Shown: positions 31,860 through 41,989, counted from the first letter of the stretch. The stretch: 64,000 nucleotides of DNA from Leptolyngbyaceae cyanobacterium (GCA_965263355.1 CBDHHL010000032.1:2944001-3008000), one strand, 5' to 3'. The notes: generated by a model not told the origin, from the letters alone. Numbers and translations: made by a program.

Positions 31860-32711
31860 ATGGTTAATGATGATGTCAAAAACCGTTTAGTTGGTCATCT
31901 AAAAGAATTAATACGTGAACGCGACCCCTATCTAGCTACCCAGGGACATTATTATGCACGGCATTATATTCATAGCCAGTTAGAGCAGTGGGGAAATGTC
32001 CTGGCTATGAGCTTTAGTCAGCGGGGCCGTGAACATTACAATCTCTGTCTGGAATTATCTGGTCAACGGTCTCTTGCCCCCGTGGTGATCGGGGCTCACT
32101 ATGATACGGTGCCGGGATGCTCTGGTGCTGACGATAATGCGACAGGTGTAGCCGTTTTGCTGGAGCTGGCAAGACAATTTTCAGGTCAGCGTCCAAGGCG
32201 GCCTGTACATTTAGTTGCCTTTGATTTAGAAGAATATGGCTTGGTTGGTAGTCGTGCCTATGTAGAAGCATTGCAAGGTCAGCCCATTCATCTGATGTTG
32301 TCCTTAGAAATGCTGGGCTATTGTGCTAAAGAGTCGGTTTCTGGGCAGCCTAGTCAGACCTATCCCATAAAAGCATTAGAATACATCTATCCAAAAACGG
32401 GTGATTTTATTGCACTGATTGGTAATTGGCAAATAATTCCCACATTGTGGGGATTTAATCGAGCGTTTAAATTGGCGGGTGTAAATTGTGCTTGGTTACC
32501 TATGTTTCAGCGTGGGCTGCCGTTGCCCGATACTCGTCGAAGTGACCATGCGCCGTTTTGGGATGCAGGCTATAACGCCATAATGGTGACGGATACTTCT
32601 AACTTACGTAACCCCCATTACCATACTCCAACAGATACTTTTGACACCTTGGACTTGGATTTTTTGACCAAGGTTTGCCTGGGATTAGCCCAGGGCATAG
32701 CCCGATTGTGA
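31860..32711 (+). CDS. M28 family peptidase
   Basis: IGAHYD, GADDNATG, DLEE, RRSDH, YHTPTD. Confidence 0.9.
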   Translation: MVNDDVKNRLVGHLKELIRERDPYLATQGHYYARHYIHSQLEQWGNVLAMSFSQRGREHYNLCLELSGQRSLAPVVIGAHYDTVPGCSGADDNATGVAVLLELARQFSGQRPRRPVHLVAFDLEEYGLVGSRAYVEALQGQPIHLMLSLEMLGYCAKESVSGQPSQTYPIKALEYIYPKTGDFIALIGNWQIIPTLWGFNRAFKLAGVNCAWLPMFQRGLPLPDTRRSDHAPFWDAGYNAIMVTDTSNLRNPHYHTPTDTFDTLDLDFLTKVCLGLAQGIARL

Positions 32712-32714
32712 GCT

Positions 32715-34007
32715 TTACAATAACCGTAGCTGTTGATTCTGTTCCTGCGTCAGAACTCTAGAGTCTAAGTCGATCGGTGTTTCGTCAGTTAGTTTGTCGT
32801 CCTCCAGTAATGTTTGCGCTGCTAACATCATGTCGTCAGCGAGGTGGGTAAGGTCATTGCGATTACCTAGGTAGGTCTCTAAGGCGCTTAACGGGTCGCG
32901 AATGTTATCGGAGGTTAACTCAGGTAAACGGGGTCGACTAAGTTGACTGATCAGTTCAGGATGAATGGTATAGGTATGGGCTTTGGATAGAGCCTGATGT
33001 AGAGCAGCGTGATCGATTTGGTCGATTTGAGGCGGGCTGAGTTTATACACCAAACGCACAACTGCCTTGGTGATATCGGCCTTAGTCAGGATTGTTTCCA
33101 GATGTAACTGTGGGGTAGCTGTGGTTGAGATATTTACCTCGATGGTTTTAAAGGGGCGGACAGGTAAGGGGCAGAATTCCACGGACGTATGATCTGGATG
33201 TATCTCCGCTAATACAAACCCTTTTTCTTCTTTTTCTTCACTAAAGTCCACCCGTTCAATGCTGCCGGGATAGACGATGGGCGGTTCATGGCAGAGTATC
33301 TGATGCTTGTGTACATGGCCCAGGGCGACGTAGTTAAAGCAAGGACGAGCCAAGAGAGCCATGGGCACAGTAAATCCTTTGCCAACGGCTAAGAATTTCT
33401 CAGCACCATATCGGGCTGTATCTGTCATTAGATGGGCTAGCAGAATACTTGGCCTATCAGGATCCAGCCGGCGAATTTCTCCTTCTAGGGCTACCCGTAG
33501 GCGATCGAGCATAATTTCGTTCACCTGACCCAACGATAATCCTTCTGTTTCAGGCCGAGTCAAGAGTGTTGAATGGGTTAGCCAGGGTAGGGTAATGACT
33601 TGAACAGTTCCTGCTTGAGTGTCGATTTTATGGGTGGTTAAACTGTCGCCAACAATCATGTTGGGTACTCCCAACGTGCGGTAGATGCATAGGCTAGCGC
33701 CGCCCATACCTTGGGAATGTTGGTCGTGATTCCCCACTAGCAGTACTGTTGGGATGTGAGCGTTGACTAAGCGCTGAAACTGTTGGGCAAAGGCCTGTTG
33801 TACGACGGGTGGTGGTGTGGCATCCGGAAACGCATCGCCGCCAAAGAGTACTAGGTCAACGGGTTCATTCAGGGCGCGATCAATGCAACGACTGAGGCTG
33901 GCAACAAAATCTTCTAATCGGGTATTGAGTCCTGTGTCTGGGTTGATGTGTCCATGGCTAAAGCCACTACCCATGTGAATATCGGAGAGATGGAGGACTT
34001 TGACCAT
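32715..34007 (-). CDS. sbcD: exonuclease SbcCD subunit D
   Basis: LHLSDIHMG, GGDAF, VGNHD, ALGHVH, YPGSIERVDFSE; ATG 34007. Confidence 0.93.
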   Translation of the reverse strand: MVKVLHLSDIHMGSGFSHGHINPDTGLNTRLEDFVASLSRCIDRALNEPVDLVLFGGDAFPDATPPPVVQQAFAQQFQRLVNAHIPTVLLVGNHDQHSQGMGGASLCIYRTLGVPNMIVGDSLTTHKIDTQAGTVQVITLPWLTHSTLLTRPETEGLSLGQVNEIMLDRLRVALEGEIRRLDPDRPSILLAHLMTDTARYGAEKFLAVGKGFTVPMALLARPCFNYVALGHVHKHQILCHEPPIVYPGSIERVDFSEEKEEKGFVLAEIHPDHTSVEFCPLPVRPFKTIEVNISTTATPQLHLETILTKADITKAVVRLVYKLSPPQIDQIDHAALHQALSKAHTYTIHPELISQLSRPRLPELTSDNIRDPLSALETYLGNRNDLTHLADDMMLAAQTLLEDDKLTDETPIDLDSRVLTQEQNQQLRLL

Positions 34008-34061
34008 GGTGATAGTGGGCAGGACTTGAGATCGCAAGCGTTGACTTGTGAGTGCGCTATC

Positions 34062-34075
34062 AGTATCTTTGTCCT
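34062..34075. promoter_or_regulatory. weak candidate LexA box upstream of sbcD
   Basis: AGTATCTTTGTCCT, 2 mismatches to RGTACNNNDGTWCB. Confidence 0.3.
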
Positions 34076-34086
34076 AGTTGGAAACG

Positions 34087-35532
34087 TCAAGGGCTATGGA
34101 CAGCATGATAGCGGTCTACGTGGCTAAACAGCCGGTGAATATGGTCTACGGTTGTAAATGGATTGAGCAAGACAGCCTTTAGCCATCGCTGTCCCCGGTA
34201 GGTGGGCAATGATAAAAATGTGTTGCCTGTTTGTAAAAGCCACTGCTGTAGTCCATGGTTCCAATCATCGAGGTGGTCTGTTGGTAAGGCCGCAGGCTCA
34301 GCCCGAAAACACACTAGATTCATTTGTGGCTCACTCGCTAGCCTGAGAAACTGTCGCGCTTTGACAGCGGCAGTAAAGGTTTTGGTCAGTTCATAGTTGT
34401 GGTCAATAATGGCGCTGTAACCGTCTCGACCAATGTGCTGTAGTGATAGCCATAACTTGAGGATGTCAGCATGACGGGTACCTTGCACCGTGAGTTCGCC
34501 TAAATTTGGCCAGTCGTCGTGGTCGTGCATGTAGGGGGCTAACACTCGAAACTGTTTCTGGAGCTGATCAAACTGGCGAAACATCACAATGGCAGAGGTT
34601 TTGGCGACATATAACCATTTCTGTGGGTTAAAGGTAACTGAGTCTGCTTGTTCGATGCCGGCTAACTGAGATTGGTAGCAGTCTGAAAACATCAACGCTC
34701 CACCGTAGGCGGCATCCACATGGAACCACAGTTTGTTGAGCTTTGCGATACTCGCCATTTGATAAATGGGGTCAATACTGCCGGTTACGGTAGTTCCGGC
34801 GGTGGCAACAATGGCAAAGGGCTGCTGACCGTCTGTTTTGGCCTGAGCTAATTTGGTGTTTAGATCGTCAATTTCAATTTGTGAATTTTGGTTGGTTGCG
34901 ACTGGAATGGCTGCTCTAGTGCCTAAACCCATCACCATCGCCGCCTTTTTAAACGAGGTATGAGCCACTTCTGAGACCAAGAAAACAGGTTGTTGTCCTG
35001 AGGGAATGCCAGTTTCTAAGGCATTAAAGGCTTGGTTGCGAGCCACAATCAGTGCTTGCAAATTTGCTAGGCTGCCGCCACTCACTAAAACGCCGTTGGC
35101 CTGGGGACCAAGGCCAAATAGCTGGGCGATTTGCTGCAAAACCAACATTTCTAACCGGGAGAAAACCGGCGACATTTCTACACTCAGCATATTGTTGTTG
35201 AGGGCAGCCACTAGCAAGTCTGCAATTACCGATAGGGTGGTGGGAATCGAATCCATATGGCCGATATAGCCTGGATGAGCGGCATTCATAGAGCCATGCA
35301 GGTGCGCTTTAACTTCATCCAAGAGCGCTGCAATCGGTACAGAGTTGTTGGGTAATTTGGCCCAGGCATAGGTGCTTGAAATCAATGGCTCAGGCAGTGG
35401 AGAGCGGTCTGTAGCCTGAGCCATAGTTTCAACTAATAGGTCGATAACTTGATGTAAGAGGGTTGCAATCTCATCCCGATTTTTACCATCAGGACGAATA
35501 AATGCCATTGTCGGCAAAGCCGAAAAATCCAC
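34087..35532 (-). CDS. group II PLP-dependent amino-acid decarboxylase
   Basis: SGGSLANL, ATAGTTVTGSID, HVDAAYGG, NPQKWL. Confidence 0.9.
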   Translation of the reverse strand: MDFSALPTMAFIRPDGKNRDEIATLLHQVIDLLVETMAQATDRSPLPEPLISSTYAWAKLPNNSVPIAALLDEVKAHLHGSMNAAHPGYIGHMDSIPTTLSVIADLLVAALNNNMLSVEMSPVFSRLEMLVLQQIAQLFGLGPQANGVLVSGGSLANLQALIVARNQAFNALETGIPSGQQPVFLVSEVAHTSFKKAAMVMGLGTRAAIPVATNQNSQIEIDDLNTKLAQAKTDGQQPFAIVATAGTTVTGSIDPIYQMASIAKLNKLWFHVDAAYGGALMFSDCYQSQLAGIEQADSVTFNPQKWLYVAKTSAIVMFRQFDQLQKQFRVLAPYMHDHDDWPNLGELTVQGTRHADILKLWLSLQHIGRDGYSAIIDHNYELTKTFTAAVKARQFLRLASEPQMNLVCFRAEPAALPTDHLDDWNHGLQQWLLQTGNTFLSLPTYRGQRWLKAVLLNPFTTVDHIHRLFSHVDRYHAVHSP

Positions 35533-35569
35533 CGTATCTGTTGTTTATAGCTGTGCTCTACTAGGGTAA

Positions 35570-37147
35570 TCAATAAACCCATCGCACGCGTGGTTTACCT
35601 GGGCGCATTCCCAGATGAACAAACCCTCGTTGCGCTCCATAACCAATGCTATAGGGATAGGTTTGGTCGCACCAGTATTCCACCTCATAGATACTGACAT
35701 TCTTGATGTAAAAATCCACCGCACCGGTATCTGGCGCATCATATAAATGCTCTGAACGACGAGCGCCACCTACTTTTGCATTGACGCTGGGGGGACGATA
35801 GCCGGAGGTAATCACTAGGGGATTGTCGCCAAAGTAATCACGACATTTCTCAAGAAACAGGCAGATTTCATAGGCTGTCTTGCACTGGAAATCAGACTGA
35901 AAGCGCCGCTCCTCATCATAAAGAGCGAATTCGCCATAGGTAATGTGGGGGGTAATCAGCGTATCAAAGGGCATATCTGGCGTCAGTCTGGCTCCAACCG
36001 GTGTACTGCCAGCGACATCTCGACTAATACGGTCTAGGCGTTCTTCCGGTTTGCGATCGCTCGCTTCGCCTGCTTCATTATGATCATCATCCCAATTCGG
36101 AGTAGCCCCGGTGGGTTTCTTGCAGAACAAATCAGCTTCTGCTAAGCGACGGCGGCGCAATCCTGCTTCCACGGAAGTACCTGGATTTCTATACTTAACA
36201 AATTGGGCCGCTATCCAGCGATGATCATTCCACTGGGTGGGTGAGTCGCAGACTCGGGTAATCGACTCAAAGTTATAGCCGCGATAAAACCCTGAGCCCA
36301 AATTATAGGCAAAACTATATAGAGCCCCGCGCTGGTTACTATTCATGCGACTCCAGGTCGGAATTTTTTCCAGGGCTTGACGGCAGGATTTGTCGACATG
36401 ATCAATCAAGTATTCTTCTGCCTGGTCTTGAGTAATTACGTCACCTTGTTTGACCTTGACACCGTTAGGATATCGAGTTGTGCCATAGCCAATTGTCGGT
36501 ACGGACCAGCCTTGTAGCGGATCAGCATAGGCTGTGGCCCGACCATCCGGTAGGGCTTGAGCATAGCCTTCAAACTCTTTAATTAATTCGATTCCAGAAC
36601 GGGGAATCTTGCCTAAGATTGCGTCAGAAGGGCGCTCGGGAGTAGGGACAGGGGACGGCGGTGCGATCGTTTGTTGACGAATGGGCACCGCAATCACACC
36701 TAAGCGATCGATCCAGCGTCCACTTTGACCATAGAACCCAATGACTTGGTGGTTGGGCGGCACTGCTAAGTCTATGATTTCGCGTTTTTGCTGACCAAAC
36801 AAAATGCTGCGGCCTTGACTGGTAATCAGCTCTAGGGAGCCAACATAGCGTTTGCCAGTAAGCCTGACATTTGTAATGTATTCGTTGGAATCGAGCACAA
36901 ACGACTGCTGAGCCGCCCCATTGCCACCATGGGTAGGTAGTTCCCTACTAGCCCACTGCATTTGCACTTGATCGACATAGCGCCCTACCCGTACCGAGAC
37001 CGCCACTGGCTTTGCCTGTTGGGCTAGGACTTGGTCACTAGCTTGAGGCGGCCAGCCAATATCTGAAAATAATTTGCCACCGCTGCCACCGACTGACAAG
37101 CTACGCCAGAGTGTTCCACCTGTGCTATTTGAGGATTCCATAAGCAT
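35570..37147 (-). CDS. jacalin-like lectin + GH24 lysozyme + peptidase M15A fusion protein
   Basis: N-term GGSGG..FSD...GFYGQSGRWIDRLG; middle IKEFEG...AYADP...PTIGYG...GLRRRRLAE; C-term ITSGYR...SEHL...AVDF...FVHLG. Confidence 0.82.
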   Translation of the reverse strand: MLMESSNSTGGTLWRSLSVGGSGGKLFSDIGWPPQASDQVLAQQAKPVAVSVRVGRYVDQVQMQWASRELPTHGGNGAAQQSFVLDSNEYITNVRLTGKRYVGSLELITSQGRSILFGQQKREIIDLAVPPNHQVIGFYGQSGRWIDRLGVIAVPIRQQTIAPPSPVPTPERPSDAILGKIPRSGIELIKEFEGYAQALPDGRATAYADPLQGWSVPTIGYGTTRYPNGVKVKQGDVITQDQAEEYLIDHVDKSCRQALEKIPTWSRMNSNQRGALYSFAYNLGSGFYRGYNFESITRVCDSPTQWNDHRWIAAQFVKYRNPGTSVEAGLRRRRLAEADLFCKKPTGATPNWDDDHNEAGEASDRKPEERLDRISRDVAGSTPVGARLTPDMPFDTLITPHITYGEFALYDEERRFQSDFQCKTAYEICLFLEKCRDYFGDNPLVITSGYRPPSVNAKVGGARRSEHLYDAPDTGAVDFYIKNVSIYEVEYWCDQTYPYSIGYGAQRGFVHLGMRPGKPRVRWVY

Positions 37148-37267
37148 GTGCCTGTTCTAGTTACGATGTTAGCCCTATATTTCTAGAGGGACATGGGGGC
37201 TAATACATCTTTTGGCTGTGGCTTATGAATCAAGTTAAAGCCGAAAAATTACGGAATATTAAGATGA

Positions 37268-37315
37268 TTTTTCTCGTGTAGGGTCGTTCCATGGAACGAC
37301 CCTACACGAGAAAAA
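37268..37315. repeat. perfect 48-bp palindrome containing a GTAG-type REP; likely also the cysH terminator
   Basis: TTTTTCTCGTGTAGGGTCGTTCCA|TGGAACGACCCTACACGAGAAAAA. Confidence 0.9.
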
Positions 37316-37319
37316 GACC

Positions 37320-38063
37320 CTATCCATGGATACCGCATTCGGTTTTGATACTGCCACGCCAGCGACCAGCGCGTTCCTCTTCCCCAGCATTGACCTTAGT
37401 GGTTAATGGTTGATCTCCAATGCTGGTATACCCCTGATCATGGAGTGGGTTATACAAAACGCCGTGGGCAAAAGTGTATCGCCACAGATCCTTATGGGTC
37501 CAATTGGCAAGGGGGTTGATTTTTAATCGTCCCTTAGGGTCTCGCTCCAGAATTGGCATAGTTTGACGGGTAGCAGACTGATCGCGACGCCGTCCTGTAA
37601 TCCATCCTTGGACTGACAGAGCCTCTAAGGCTTTTTCCATGGGTTGCACTTTAGTTAACTCGTGAAACAGGGCAACATCCTTCTCCCATAGTTGATCGCC
37701 ATAGCGGGCTATAAAGTCTTCTCGGGTGGGGGCAGCTTGATAGGTGTGGAGGTCGAGATCGTAAAACTCTTTGGCCTTTTGGCCAGTTGCTAAGGTTTCT
37801 GGAAAAAGATGTAGCGTGTCTAGAAAGACGACAGGGATTTTTGCCTGGAGGTCGTGATATAGCATGTGGGTCACTGCCACCATGCTAAAGGAGGTAAGTT
37901 GAACCAGATTGGGGACCGTGGCAACTGACCATGCCAAAATTTCTTGGGGTGTAGCCGATTCAAACCGACGATTCAGCTCGACTAGATCTAACTGTCTGGG
38001 GTCAAACGCAACGCGGTTATTTGACTGATGGGTAGGCGATTGCGCTTCTATGCAAGAAACCAT
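37320..38063 (-). CDS. cysH: phosphoadenosine phosphosulfate reductase
   Basis: FLDTLHLF, WITGRRRDQ, GYTSIGD, RAGRW, KTECGIH. Confidence 0.95.
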   Translation of the reverse strand: MVSCIEAQSPTHQSNNRVAFDPRQLDLVELNRRFESATPQEILAWSVATVPNLVQLTSFSMVAVTHMLYHDLQAKIPVVFLDTLHLFPETLATGQKAKEFYDLDLHTYQAAPTREDFIARYGDQLWEKDVALFHELTKVQPMEKALEALSVQGWITGRRRDQSATRQTMPILERDPKGRLKINPLANWTHKDLWRYTFAHGVLYNPLHDQGYTSIGDQPLTTKVNAGEEERAGRWRGSIKTECGIHG

Positions 38064-38223
38064 TGGTGTAGATGGGGTTTCAGCCCGTAAACGATCACTG
38101 GAAATATCCTATCGCAATAATTCCTCATAACCCACCGGAGAAATGTAGATTAATCCGATCTAGATTAGATGCGTTAACCGTAACAGTCGCATCTTGCCCC
38201 CGTAGCGTAGGACAATAACAGTC

Positions 38224-38520
38224 ATGAAAAAGCTTATTTTTTACACAAAACCCGGTTGTCACCTGTGCGAAAGCTTAGGGGAAAAGCTAGCGAAGTTGGG
38301 CCATTTGCCAATCGAGATTGAGGCTCGTGACATCACAGTCAATCCCGTTTGGTTTACGGAGTATCGGTATGAAATTCCGGTACTTTGCCGCATCATTGGT
38401 CATCCTGAAACACCTGAATTGGTCAAAGAGCAGCCGTTACCTCGTCTGTCTCCACAGGCACCGTTGCGACAATTAGAGCAAATGCTAGAGACCTATTTGG
38501 GTCCCTTTGAGGCAGAATAG
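38224..38520 (+). CDS. glutaredoxin-like (DUF836) protein
   Basis: YTKPGCHLC, YEIPVL. Confidence 0.88.
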   Translation: MKKLIFYTKPGCHLCESLGEKLAKLGHLPIEIEARDITVNPVWFTEYRYEIPVLCRIIGHPETPELVKEQPLPRLSPQAPLRQLEQMLETYLGPFEAE

Positions 38521-38560
38521 CGGCATTCCACTTGAGAGAAGACGTTTGGAGTCGGTCTGT

Positions 38561-40063
38561 ATGACGCTGCGTGAGTTACTGGCGCAATTACCCCCTGAGT
38601 TGCTGCCCGCTATTGAGCATCCGGCCTTAGATCACCCTGTTACTGGGCTGTGTATTAATTCAAAAACTTGCAAGCCTGGTGATTTGTTTATCGGTATGCC
38701 GGGGACGCGGGTAGATGGGGGTGAATTTTGGCGAAGTGCGATGGAAAAGGGGGCGATCGCAGCCATCATTTCCCCTCATGCCCTACAAAAGCAGCCTGCA
38801 ACAGATACATCAACTCTCCTAATTCCGATTCACGATATCCCAACCGTCTGCGGTGAAATTGCGGCGGCCTTCTACAACTATCCAGGTAAAAGCCTGAAGC
38901 TAGTAGGGGTGACTGGTACGAATGGTAAAACCACTACCACCCATATAATTGAGCATTTTCTTAATGCGGCTGAGATGCCCACTGGGTTGCTAGGTACACT
39001 TTATACTCGTTGGCCTGGGCATCAAGAGATGGCGGTGCACACGACACCATTTCCGGTTGATTTACAGCGCGAGCTAGCTAAAGTTGTAGGCGCAGGGTGT
39101 CAGCACGCCATTATGGAAGTTAGCTCCCATGCACTGGCTCAAAAGCGAGTTTGGGGGTGTCCCTTTGAGGTAGCGGTGTTTACAAATCTCACCCAGGATC
39201 ACCTCGACTATCACAAGGATCTTGAGGACTATTTTGAAGCTAAGGCCCTACTGTTTAATGCTTACTATCTCAAGGGTCGCGCCATTATTAATAGTAGAGA
39301 TGCCTACGGTCAGCGGCTGATGAATCGGCTCAGCGTCGATCAGGTTTGGACGTATCACATTGACGATACAGCTGCTAACTTACACACCACAGATCTGAAC
39401 TATAGTGCAGCGGGTGTCAGTGGTACCCTGATGACTCCAATGGGGGCAGCGTCGTTTACGTCACCATTAGTGGGTCGGTTTAATCTAGAAAATTTACTGG
39501 CAGCAACAGGAGCTGTACTGCACTTGGGCGTTTCCCTAGACGTTTTGACAGCTGCACTGGCTGTATTTGGGGGAGTGCCTGGTCGTATGGAGCGAGTGCA
39601 GGTTAGCCCTATCCAAGATATTAGTGTGATTGTGGACTATGCCCATACGCCCGATAGTTTAGAAAATGCGCTGCGGGCAGCACGTCCGTTTATTTCAGGG
39701 CAGATGATTTGCGTGTTTGGCTGTGGTGGAGATCGAGATCGCACCAAGCGGCCTCAAATGGGGCGGATTGCCTACGAATTAGCGGATCGGATTGTGGTTA
39801 CCTCTGATAATCCACGGACTGAGGACCCTCAGAAAATTTTGGCTGATGTGATGGCGGGGATTGACGCTGATCTAAGTGAAAATGAGATGATTTGCGATCG
39901 CGCTGCTGCTATTCAACAGGCCATCGTATCTGCTCAGCCGGGGGATGGGGTGCTAATTGCAGGTAAAGGCCATGAGGATTATCAGATTTTAGGGACCGAA
40001 AAAATTCATTTTGATGACCGTGAGCAGGCTCAATTGGCTCTCAAAATGAGGTTAGTACCATAG
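38561..40063 (+). CDS. murE: UDP-MurNAc-tripeptide (meso-DAP) ligase
   Basis: GVTGTNGKTT, MEVSSH, DHLDYH, DYAHTPD, DNPR, AGKGHE; ATG 38561. Confidence 0.97.
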   Translation: MTLRELLAQLPPELLPAIEHPALDHPVTGLCINSKTCKPGDLFIGMPGTRVDGGEFWRSAMEKGAIAAIISPHALQKQPATDTSTLLIPIHDIPTVCGEIAAAFYNYPGKSLKLVGVTGTNGKTTTTHIIEHFLNAAEMPTGLLGTLYTRWPGHQEMAVHTTPFPVDLQRELAKVVGAGCQHAIMEVSSHALAQKRVWGCPFEVAVFTNLTQDHLDYHKDLEDYFEAKALLFNAYYLKGRAIINSRDAYGQRLMNRLSVDQVWTYHIDDTAANLHTTDLNYSAAGVSGTLMTPMGAASFTSPLVGRFNLENLLAATGAVLHLGVSLDVLTAALAVFGGVPGRMERVQVSPIQDISVIVDYAHTPDSLENALRAARPFISGQMICVFGCGGDRDRTKRPQMGRIAYELADRIVVTSDNPRTEDPQKILADVMAGIDADLSENEMICDRAAAIQQAIVSAQPGDGVLIAGKGHEDYQILGTEKIHFDDREQAQLALKMRLVP

Positions 40064-40207
40064 CGATAGTTTATTGGTGGCGGTAAGAAAAAATGGACTG
40101 AGAGCGCAAGTTAAGTAGAAATACCCATTTATCTGTTATTTCCCTTAATTAACCTAGAAAGGTCGATACGTGTTCGCATACGCCCTGAGATTATCTTTGG
40201 AGCTATT

Positions 40208-40954
40208 ATGGATGTTTCCACAGTCAGGCCATCCGCATTAACTAAGTCCCGTTTTGCTACGTCGACGACTCGCTCATCTGCTCCAGAGGTCGATCTGCAC
40301 TTTCTTAAAACGGCTACCCAAGAGCTTAGCAATCCAATTACAACGATTAAAACAGCGCTCACGCTCCTGAACTCGTCGTCTCTGAAACCCAAGCAGCGAG
40401 AGCGCTATCTGCAGATGATTGGTCAGGCGTGTAATCGTCAAAGCCAGTTGATCAATAATGTCTTCAAGCTATTGGAATTACAGCTTGCTCCCCAAACGAC
40501 CAGTCTGGAGCCCGTGCAGCTTTGGGATTTAGTGCCAGGGGTGGTCAGTACGTATCAACCACTGGCTAAGGAGAATAATATTTTGCTGGCTTACACGGTG
40601 TCTAATCATTTACCCCCCGTGTTAGCCATTCCATCTCACCTCAAACAGGTGTTGGTGAGTTTGGTGAGCAATAGTATTCAGTTTACGGAGTCGGGGGGGC
40701 GTATTTGGGTGACTGCTCACCAGCGTAGTGCTGGCGAAATTGTGTTAGTTATTCAAGACAATGGTCGCGGTATTGCGCCGTCGGTTTTGCCCCAAGTATT
40801 TGATTCGTTTTATAGCAGTACGTCTGAGGGTAGTGGTTTGGGTTTAACGCTAGTCCAGCAGTTATTAACTCACTGTGGTGCGTCCATATCTGTAAGTAGT
40901 AAACCAGGCAAGGGGACTGCGTTTACGATTTTGCTAGCCGTTGCTCCTAGTTAA
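40208..40954 (+). CDS. sensor-less histidine kinase-like protein (H-box His replaced by Gln)
   Basis: ATQELSNP H-box; LVSNSIQF, QDNGRG and GSGLGL ATPase boxes. Confidence 0.8.
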   Translation: MDVSTVRPSALTKSRFATSTTRSSAPEVDLHFLKTATQELSNPITTIKTALTLLNSSSLKPKQRERYLQMIGQACNRQSQLINNVFKLLELQLAPQTTSLEPVQLWDLVPGVVSTYQPLAKENNILLAYTVSNHLPPVLAIPSHLKQVLVSLVSNSIQFTESGGRIWVTAHQRSAGEIVLVIQDNGRGIAPSVLPQVFDSFYSSTSEGSGLGLTLVQQLLTHCGASISVSSKPGKGTAFTILLAVAPS

Positions 40955-41026
40955 TCAAACTGGTAATCTATCGAGACGTTATGATAAATCCCGGACGGCA
41001 AGTATTAAGCTGAGACCACTTGCCTG

Positions 41027-41989
41027 TTGGGTACCGTGTTAGAACGTGTTCGTATTCAAAATTTTCGCTGTCTTCGGGATGTCACCCTGGAGTTAGGTCC
41101 GTTTACGGTATTTGTGGGACCTAATGCGTCGGGGAAGAGTGCGATCGCAGATGCTTTAACAGTTTCACCCACAGATTTAGTAAAAGACCATAAGTCTTTA
41201 CACAGGCTAGACGCTCCTATGTACCATACTGAAGAGTATATCCAATTGTTTGAACGGAGTTACTTTTGGCAGGGCAAAGAACATCCGTGTTGGACTCAAG
41301 AAAATTTATCGTCTTATGACCCTTCTAAAGTTTTAATGGGTCAAAGGTCTAAGTATTCATTTTTATTAAGTGCATTGTGCAGATCATATCAAGCTAATGA
41401 AGTATGGAAGCTTGATTCACAAGGTAGTAATTTAGCCAATCTCTTCAATACTCTTTCAAGAACAGCACAAAGCAGGTATGTAGACACTTTCACTGGTCTC
41501 GTACAAATGTATTCTGATGTTAAGGTCAGAGCAATGCAAGGAGAAGTTCGCCTACAATTTCTAGACCGCTGGCATGAAGATTTTTGGTATGAACCCGAGC
41601 AAGTCTCAGACGGTACTATGCTGATTGCAGCCTTAGTTGCTCTTTGCTTCCAGCGAGACGCCCCGACACTGGCAGTAATTGAAGATCCTGATAGGGCTTT
41701 GCATCCTTATCTACAAAGGCATGTTGTTCAAATGTTGCGAAAACTAAGCAGGGGAGAGTTAGGTAGTGAACCTATTCAAATTGTCTGCACCACACATTCG
41801 CAATCTTTTTTAAATTGCTTAGAACCAGAGGAAGTTCGCTTTATTCGACGCAGTCGTGAAACTGGCGAAACCGAAATCCAGAAAGCTCCGACAGATAACC
41901 CCAACTGGCAAACGGTTTATGACCAATTTCAAAACTCCTTAGGCAGTATGTGGCTAACGGGTGCGCTTGGCGGAGTGCCTGGAATTTAA
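41027..41989 (+). CDS. AAA_21/AAA_15-type ABC-family ATPase
   Basis: IQNFRCL, GPNASGKS, VSDGT, VIEDPDRALHP, TTHS, C-terminal LGSMWLTGALGG. Confidence 0.85.
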   Translation: MGTVLERVRIQNFRCLRDVTLELGPFTVFVGPNASGKSAIADALTVSPTDLVKDHKSLHRLDAPMYHTEEYIQLFERSYFWQGKEHPCWTQENLSSYDPSKVLMGQRSKYSFLLSALCRSYQANEVWKLDSQGSNLANLFNTLSRTAQSRYVDTFTGLVQMYSDVKVRAMQGEVRLQFLDRWHEDFWYEPEQVSDGTMLIAALVALCFQRDAPTLAVIEDPDRALHPYLQRHVVQMLRKLSRGELGSEPIQIVCTTHSQSFLNCLEPEEVRFIRRSRETGETEIQKAPTDNPNWQTVYDQFQNSLGSMWLTGALGGVPGI

